Assembly: GCA_964234715.1 (NCBI GenBank)
Contig: OZ174276.1
Origin: Podarcis melisellensis
Taxonomy: Eukaryota
Direction: 5' to 3' (one strand)
Length of the DNA: 64,000 nt
The notes under the pieces were generated by a model. That model was given only the letters and a program-made list of their open reading frames with translations. It was not told the origin of the DNA and made no database searches. Both the position numbers and the translations under genes were made by a program. Shown in pieces: positions 1 to 64,000 of this stretch; position 1 is the stretch's first letter; every line of letters begins with the position of its first letter.

Positions 1-624
1 CTGCCACTAGCTTCAAAACTCGAGTTAATTTTAGCTCATTTATAAACTTCAGCTAATCTAAAAGGCAATCTGCTCAGTTGCTAAAGCTGGGTATAGAAAA
101 CCAATTTTACTTGTGCACTGCAGTGTGGGGTGACTTCAATTTGCTGTTGGATGCGATTCAAGAAGTGAGTATAACAAAGCTCAGTAAACCTGGGACCTGA
201 GTGTTCCTAGGCATCACAACAGCAAGGTTTCCTATGTGAAGGATGGAAGTGGTTTAGTTTTTGTCAAAGCAATAAAAAAGTATTGACTGGTGGATCTTGC
301 TCAGGTAAGCTGGCACAGTCCTTGGAAGGCATGAAATTCAAGAAAGCAAGCTAAGGAGGAATAAGAGGGCTTGCGTGGAGCTCTCCCCCTTTATTCAGTA
401 CAAATGGGTAGTGTACAGCTCTCAGCTTTGCCTAAACATTCCGGCTGCCAGTTGTAGGTGGGGGAAAAACCTTATATAATTACATTATCCGCCTACCTGT
501 TAAGGCTATATTTTCTGCCCAGAGACATCAAATTAAGTTTTAAAGAAACTGGACCATCCTTGTAATACGGAACTTCACACAATTGCATATTGTTGCTGTT
601 CCTATGTGAAAATGAGGCAGTGTG

Positions 625-900
625 GTCCCCATCCCTTGCAGATGACCACAGTGCCTGGAGACAGAAAGACAGGGCATGTGTCCACAGCAATGACCAGAGA
701 AGAGAGAACCGCTGGGAGGAGTGCAGAGAGAAGGAACGCCATGGTGCATCTGCACCAGCAAAACCAGACACCCTCAATAAACATGTCTCGGCTGTATTGA
801 TCTCTATAGCCATAGCAGGCACTATAACTCTTCAATGGCTTGAATATACCCCCATGGCCCACTCTGCCATTGTTTCTTCAGAAAGACGGATGTCAACAGT
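625..900 (+). mobile_element. RTE-clade LINE 3' end (degenerate)
   Basis: LADDHSAWRQ resembles the RTE LAxDRxxWR motif; frameshifted C..IDLYSH zinc-knuckle remnant; RTE-like 3' tail ccattgt..agacggatg. Confidence 0.55.
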
Positions 901-930
901 CCCCATACAAGAACCTCATTGAAGCATATA

Positions 931-1169
931 CAATGGAACCTCGGTTTTCGAACATAATCTGTTCTGGAAGACTGTTCAACTTCCAAAACGTTTGAAAACC
1001 AAAAACTGAAAGCAGAAGCCTCTACAATAGGGAAATCCAAAACGGAAGCTGCGTGGCATGTTCGGCTTCCAAAAGTCATTCGAAAACTGAAGCAGTTACT
1101 TCTGGGTTTTCGGCGTTCGAAAGCTGAAACGTTCGTCAGTGGAGACGTTCGACAACCGAGGTTCCGCTG
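931..1169. mobile_element. Tc1/mariner (Tigger-like) MITE
   Basis: TIRs caatggaacctcggtt / aaccgaggttccgctg flanked by TA (929-930, 1170-1171). Confidence 0.8.
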
Positions 1170-2234
1170 TATATGAGTTGGGCCTGATGGAGACCGAAAA
1201 CTTTGGAACCCCTTAGTTTCCTGATTTTTCTTTAGGAAACAGTGCAAAAATACTCCTTTGGGTTGCCTTCTGATACATAACAGGGATCTCTTGATTTGCA
1301 CTACTTATAGCTTTAATATTCTGTGCCAATGTAACTCAAATACTGTTCTCAGTACTGGAGGGGGGAGGCAGAACGAGCTCAACCTTGCCAATAGTCTTGA
1401 CAACAGAAAAGGCGTGGGCTTTCCCTATATTTGTGTTCTCCTGAGGGATAAGAACCTCAGCAAGAAACACTCTTATCATACCTTCTTTCCTTGTCAAAGG
1501 AAAGGAGAAAGGGATCTTTAAAATCCTTTTCAAGGTCACCTTTGCTTTAAGCTGTGTCTAAATGAAACTCCCCTCTTGGCACAAGAGGATTTGAAAACTA
1601 TATATGAAAAAGTACTATTCCAGTTGCATGTTGGGATGAGGGTGAGGAAGATGTGGAGGGGAGAATTGAGAGCTTATTGCAAATAAACTTATTTTGCATA
1701 CTTACTCCAGTCTATCAGCTGCAACCACAATACCAAGAAAACGCCAAGTAATGTTCAGCCGTAAGGACAGGGATGGTGTGGTTTTCTCTGATGGGCAAAT
1801 ATGCAGCCAGGTGACCTGTGGGAATCTGGACTCTTCTCTTCCTTTTTTGGATGTTTAGTAACCCTAATCTCCTTGAACTTGACCCAATCTCCTTGAACTT
1901 GAGTAGATTGCAGATGTTTCCCCCCTTTCGAGGAACAGTTCAAACTCCCAAGGGTGCATTGTATCTGAGCTCAAGGGAGACTGCAACATATAACCACTGC
2001 ATTACAATAAGTCAAGAGGTTTGGCACTATCAGTTGTGGACTGGTTTTTATCACACAGCATGTGATTGGTTTACCAATGCCAGGATGTCTGTGTTACCAA
2101 CATGACTTTTTGTGTGTGGTTGATTGCTGCTGTTACATACACTGCATTTTTCTGTGTTCTCTTCTGATTTCACTGCACCACCCCCACCAAGCTGAGCCAT
2201 ATATATGTGCTTGCAACTCAGGATATCCCTTCAT

Positions 2235-2330
2235 GTATCTGAAGTGGACTGTAGACCATGAAAGTTTATTTCGTAATAATTGCGTCTCTAAGGTGCCACA
2301 GGACTTCCTGCTACTCTTGCTGCAACAGAT
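2235..2330 (+). mobile_element. Older, degenerate Penelope-like pLTR fragment with broken hammerhead core
   Basis: gtatctgaag..gaaagtttat..gtctctaaggtgccacaggact resembles the 12.8-kb element; a related tail fragment lies at ~5660-5706 (minus). Confidence 0.5.
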
Positions 2331-5092
2331 GCATGCATCTTATCCTCTATAAATTGTAATAATGCTGTAGATAGAACTTGGAGTCATTTCAGCTGCATAG
2401 GCTGCCCTTCCCTTGAAAAGGGCGGCAAAGCAGGTTTGAACAGCTTTTACTTATATTTCCATGTGCCCTAAAGAACACCAATGTGCCCTTCTGGAGGTAA
2501 ACCCTGGCCCTTGAAGGGGAGCGCTAACCAGAGCTGTTTCTTCCTGCTGTGCTGCACTGAATTTGAGGCTGGAAGGTTACCTGTGGTCTCAGAAATACCC
2601 CAAACTCAAATGCTGTCCTCACTTCCTGGCACCAACTGTTCACATAACACGTATGCTGCTCCACGATCCAGATATTTCACAACAACAGAAGGGAACCTTA
2701 CAGCTGCACAATAGCTGCCTTTGTTGTGCTTTGTTTAATCTCCCCTCCACAGGGAAATAAAGCTGGTGGCACCAATCCAAGTTTCATAGTCTGCCGTGGG
2801 CTGGAGGTACATCCTTCTCCCTTTTAATCAGATGCTTATTTACTTACATCAGTGCATGGCCCCACCACTGCAACTTGCTTCATCTGCTCTTTGGCAAAGT
2901 CCACGGCAGGAGCCACATCTTCTTCTAAGCAAACTCTGCCTCGTTTCTCTCTCTTTGACATCATATTACAAGGAGAAATCATCATGTGAGCTCAAAGAGA
3001 TCTAGCCAGACTGGCCTGTTTATTACCATCTGGGCTCCATTTGCTCATCAGACACTCTCCACCCTTAAGATTCCACGCATAGTTCTTGATGTAGGTAGGC
3101 AAAAGGAAAGCAGAAATTATAACATTGCGTGCTGCTTGTGAAGTTCTCTGGGGTGCTATTTATGTTATACAAGTGGGATAACCAGCCTATTATAACCAAT
3201 ATGTTTAAGTCTAATTAATGCATGAATGGGTTAATACCATAGAGTAAGTTGTCCTGCCAGGCTTAGCCATGCCCACTTCCCTTACTGTGGGTAATCAAGC
3301 GTATTATTCTCCAGTCAACCTGAGAAGCTCAGCATGTAAAGAACTTTGAGCTGGCTGCTCCAGCTCAGACTGTATGGCTCTCACAAGCCATTATGGAGTT
3401 CCTATACCAATAATTAGGGAACTTTCACCACTTTGTAACTAAGACAAGTTTTTCTGCCTGTGCAACCCTTTCTGAAGCACATGAATCTGACCTTTGAATA
3501 ATGTGTAAGTAAACCATTTTTTAACTTACCAAATGCATGGTATTTTTCCTATGCCAGGGGAAGAGGGAAACTTTGGAAATAAACTTTTTAAGGGGAATTT
3601 TTTTGGAATGCACTTTTAAAGTTTTACAGCCTCTATTTCCATGCTTTAGTTTGCTGCATATTCTGTGATTTTAAATCTCTGCCGAGGTTCTCTCGCCAAA
3701 TAGTATTTTCCCCAAACTTGGATATTGGCATCCAGGAATTCTCCATTTATACCTCCCCCCCATCCCCGTGAACCAAGAATACATGTATTTGTAAAATCAA
3801 AGCAGTAAGGTTTGGGTAATACTTGGTATGGCTCTCTAAACACTAAAAATCAGTTTGCATCCAGTGTAACTATCATGAGCCCCTGCAAATAATCTGGAGG
3901 ATTGCACCACAGTGAGTGTGTTGGGGACACTTTGTTAGATCTCTCCAAACCCCTTGAGAGTTTCCCAATGAGAAAAAACCAATGCTAAATAGGTATGGAA
4001 ACTGATTTGAATCTGTAGTGTGTAGAACTGCACTCTGAAATTCACCCACCTCAAACAGGTACCAAACTCTTCCAGTATTTCAAATACACTACCTGAAGCT
4101 ATTTTCTTACTGTTTCCCTGCACACATTTTTAAAATTTGAGTAGTAGAAGCTTATCTATTAGGGCAAATGGGGCACTGTTGCTGGGGCACCGCTGCCAGG
4201 GGGTGGCACTGCTGGTGGGCTTCCTCTGCCTTAGTTTCAGCATTACTCTTGGACAACTCAGTAGGGAGGAGGAAGAGGGCAGAATTATAACTACGGTAGT
4301 TTGCTCTGCCTGTCATGGATTCTGGCTCTACCTACTGTTGGTCTTCCCCCACTCACGCCCACCCCCACCATGGAAATGTAATATTTGACACAGTCCTCAT
4401 GTTTTCCCAGCAGAGGAGAGGTTGGAGGAAGTACAAAAATGCAAAGCTGAGACAAATACCTAAAGCTATTCACATTTTTAATAGTAGTGTTTGATTAATT
4501 TTATTAATTTGAACTGGTAGCTTCAAATTTGAAATTAGCATCCTATTTGAAAATGCTGTATATTCATAAGTACTTGAAATGCACTAATTTGTTAAAACGT
4601 GATTGGTTTTCAGTGTTCAGATTTCAGATGTGTTCATTATTGACCTAATTTGATCTCTGTCTTTGTGCTCAAAATCAAACTAATAAGGCCTATGCTCATG
4701 CAGCCAAAATAGCTAAAATTAAATGCCATATTTTATCCCTTTCATAGGAGTGGATAAAACTGCTACTTTTGAGCGTCCAGTTGTCAGTCACGTCCTGGAG
4801 AGAATAACTTTGCTGTATAAGGAAATCTAGTAAGAAATTTTTAAGCTGAGGTTGGTCAACTATCAGGGATACTATGAAGGTGGATTTCCTTCCTGGTTTG
4901 GCCTGGTTGTCTTGGACAAAGTGAACTTTGACATCCCTTCCAACCAAGTATGATTTTAATATGTGTGTATCAGGGTAAAGCATTAAGGAGAAATTGAGTA
5001 AAACATGAAAAAGTATTGGTCATGACTACTGTATTAGTTATTGTTACTGAGACACTTGAAACAGTAATAGTTCACTCTTAGAGGCACTTAAA

Positions 5093-5435
5093 GGGATGCA
5101 GGTGGCGCTGTGGGTTAAACCACAGAGCCTAGGACTTGCCAATCAGAAGGTCAGCGGTTCGAATCCCCGCGACGGGGTGAGCTCCTGTTGCTTGGTCCCT
5201 GCTCCTGCCCAATTAGCAGTTCAAAAGCACGTCAAAGTGCAAGTAGATAAATAGGTGGGAAGATAAATGGCGTTTCCGTGTGCTGCTCTGGTTCGCCAGA
5301 AGCAGCTTAGTCATGCTGGCCACATGACCTGGAAGCTGTACACCGGCTCCCTCAGCCAATAAAGCGAGATGAGCGCCGCAACCCCAGAGTCGGCCACAAC
5401 TGGACCTAATGGTCAGGGGTCTCTTTACCTTTACA
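5093..5435 (+). mobile_element. Sauria SINE, full length
   Basis: tRNA-like head gtggcgctgtgggttaaacc, B-box ggttcgaatcc, (TTTACC) tail; TSD ttaRaggcacttaaa 5078-5092/5436-5450. Confidence 0.92.
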
Positions 5436-7131
5436 TTAAAGGCACTTAAAAAGAACAGAAAATTATTGTGCCTTGTATTTTTCATCTTCCAGTACCAGTC
5501 TTTAACATACACATACCCTTAGTGAATAGTAAAGCCCTGGAAAACCTCTGAGGTTCTTAGGTTATGTGCTCTTCTGCAGTCTGGATAATGCCTAGCAGTT
5601 TAGTGGTACAGTACCGTGTTAACTGTCTATTGTAACTTCCAGAGAGAGAGATGGGATAGTTTACTGCAGCAAAAACAAAGAAGAATCTTGTGGCATTTTA
5701 AGGCTATCATAATAAATAATAACTGTATTAGTATTTAAGAAGCATTTGTCATGGTGACAGCCATGTCCTACATTGCCTCCAGGGCTGTTAACAATTGCCA
5801 AACAAACAGTGAAGTGGAAATGTAGCCTAGACTCTTCATAACGTTTACGTTGGTTACACAACGTGCTCCGGAAAAACCCAGGAAAAACCCGCAGACTGTG
5901 TATGTCACAAAATGAACAACTATCAACAATACTTCGGGCATCAGATTTATTACATAAGTTCAGCTCGTTATATAAGCTCTGAGCCCCCCCCCGCAACTTC
6001 AGCCAAGATTTGGAAAATCCTGTCATCCTACGGAAATGTAGATAAATTAGGGCCAAACTAGACGGAGAACCCTCTGAATTCACTTTACCCAGCCATTGTT
6101 TTACACGCTCACGTAGCTAGAGACATAGAAGGCGCAAATGCACTGTTTCCTCCCACCCTCCAGTCCGAGTTTATGGGCGTGGTAAGCAGCCGACATCAGA
6201 GAGCGCTCCGGGTTAATCAATAACAAGCATAAACGTCTCCATTCATTCAAAAGATGGCAGAGTCAGTCTATATTCATACATTAACCGAAGTGCATGAACA
6301 AAGGGGTAGTCAAGGACTGTCAAACGTTAGTCTAGGTTCACAAAGCAAGCTGGTGAGCACGAGCTCAGCTGAACGCCCATTCTTATCCGAGCATCGCTTT
6401 GTCAGGCTCCCGCCCCTCAAAAATGAATTTATTCCATGCTGGTCAACCGAGGACAATAGCTTTGCGCAACAGCGAACCCCTATGCTCGCTGCACAATGGA
6501 ATCCCTCTATTATTTATTTCTCTTTTAAATTCCCACTGGAAGCATCAAACCCCACGCCCGGTTTTCGCCCTCTCCCCGCTTCCTCCGGAGACGCGTTTTA
6601 CTGCTGCTCCTCCTCCTCCTCCCTTTACAATGGACATTCTTCGGAATTAGGAAAATCTAAATATTCTAATAATAGAACCCTGAGCCCCCATCTCCTGGCC
6701 TAGCCAATTAGCGGATCCACACCAGAAGGGTGGGACTATAAATCTTCCGTTAGCCAATCACAGAAGCCGGTGGAAGCCTTCGGCTTCAACCCGACACTTT
6801 TTGCGCAAGAAGGAGGGCGGGCGCGCAAGAGGCAGCCGTCACGGTCCGCGGGCCAATTGCGACCGGGACTTCGGCGACGGGACCAATCGGCTGGCGGCAG
6901 CCGCGCAGGCTAGCCAATGGCGCACGCGCGGGGAGGTGGCGCCGCCGCCGCCGCCGCTGCTACTGCCGCCAGGGGAGAAGGGGGCGGAGGCGACCCCGGT
7001 CTGGCAGGGGAGGGGGGGATTGGGCCTGGCTGGGCCCAGCCGGAGCCTCCTGCCGCCTGCACCGAGCGAGCGGGGAGAGCGCCCCCTCCCCGCGGGCCCA
7101 GCCCAAGCCCCAGCCCGGCCCCCGCCTGGCC

Positions 7132-62885
<55,754 letters not shown>

Positions 62886-63649
62886 TAATGATATGGGATC
62901 TCGGGACATATTGTGATTATTAGTTATCTGTGAAAAGATCCCAGGATCTAGTTAAATCCACTGTTGCAGCTGTGTTGGAAATCATCATGTCTTCTCATAG
63001 ACCTTCCCTTTGTGAATTTGATTGAAAGCTTCAGCCCCACAGCTGCTAATGGCATCTGGATGCTAAAAACCTTCTCTGGTCACTTGCTGCTTTCCATGGT
63101 ATAAGCCTGCAGCCTTCCAGAAGTTGTCAGACTCCAGTTCCCACCTTGCTGGTCAGGGGTTTGAATCCAGCACAGTTTGGAGTGCCATTCCTGGTATAGG
63201 ATCTGCTAATGGCCAAATGAAAGTAATTGCCCATAGAACATGAGGAGCGGGCAAGGCTGAGAAACCCCTTTGTATGAAAAAGCTGAGGGGAGGCAGGATA
63301 GGATGATGTCGTTGACCGTGTTCACTCTTAGTTCTGCTGCCTACCTAATTTGCAAATATTCTGGAGATGAAGGTTATAAGTTTCAGTTCCTCCTAAACTG
63401 GGGGAAAATAGCAGGCCCAATTAAATGCATCTCTGCTGAGAGGAGGAAGCTGAGCAGCAAGGCAGGGGTCAGTAGGTACAGTTTCCATTTTGGTTGGGCC
63501 TGATTTAGGGCCAAACAAGACGTGTGTTTTTGTTCAGTCTGTACCTGCCCATTTGCCTGCAACGTGCAGGTGTGGGGAGAGCCATGTTTTATGTCAGGGT
63601 GGGCATACAAGGAAGGGAATCAAGGGCTACTCCATCCACCCTTTTCCTT

Positions 63650-63912
63650 TTTGTTTTATTATAATTATAAATTTTTATTATTTATTGAATTTATATACCG
63701 CCTTATATCCAGAGGTCTCTGGGTGGTTCACAAACCAAAATAAAAATAAAAACCACAAAACACATTAGCAAAATAAAAACAACAACCCAATAAACACACC
63801 CCAACGAAACAAAAAAATACTACATTTTAAAAGGGCATAGGATGTCAATCAAATCATTCAAAGGCCTGGTTAAAAAGGAACATTTTTGCCTCGCGCCTAT
63901 AGGTGTATAATG
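63650..63912 (-). mobile_element. L2-clade LINE 3' end
   Basis: AT-rich tail then atataccgcc..tctctgggtggttcaca..aaaggcctgg..tttttgcct. Confidence 0.6.
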
Positions 63913-64000
63913 CTGCTTTGAGATTATTTCCCCCCAAACCAGTTCCAGTATTGGAAGTAGAGTGGGATAAAGGGAAAGGAGAGTAAAGTAACCCAAGTGT

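Noticed and set aside
590-922. 110-aa ORF as an exon of an upstream gene
   Set aside because: Resembles a decayed RTE LINE 3' end; no recognisable host-gene exon in 1-6000

Overview
This is squamate reptile genomic DNA, most likely a lacertid lizard judging from the Sauria SINEs. The window holds most of PRKACA (PKA catalytic subunit alpha) on the + strand: a CpG-island/CCAAT promoter near 6.7-7.1 kb, canonical exon 1 (7132-7177), a ~46 kb first intron, and exons 2-9 (53154-62594). The last coding exon is outside the window. Intron 1 contains two probable alternative first exons, both in the correct splice phase for exon 2. One (29726-29915) encodes a 63-aa N-terminus homologous to the PKA Cbeta2 N-terminus. 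The other is a candidate micro-exon (ATG GAT G|gtaagg, 39686-39692) giving MDVKEF.... Intron 1 also carries a young Penelope-like insertion (12707-12922, 13-bp TSD) with a complete minimal hammerhead ribozyme core in sense orientation inside a 79-bp-arm palindrome, and an inverted pair of ~94% identical Sauria SINEs. The rest is typical squamate repeat content (RTE, L1-like, L2, CR1, Tc1/mariner and hAT MITEs, tRNA-SINEs). Nearly all ORFs in the supplied track are spurious. Human PKA sequences used for comparison are recalled, not searched.
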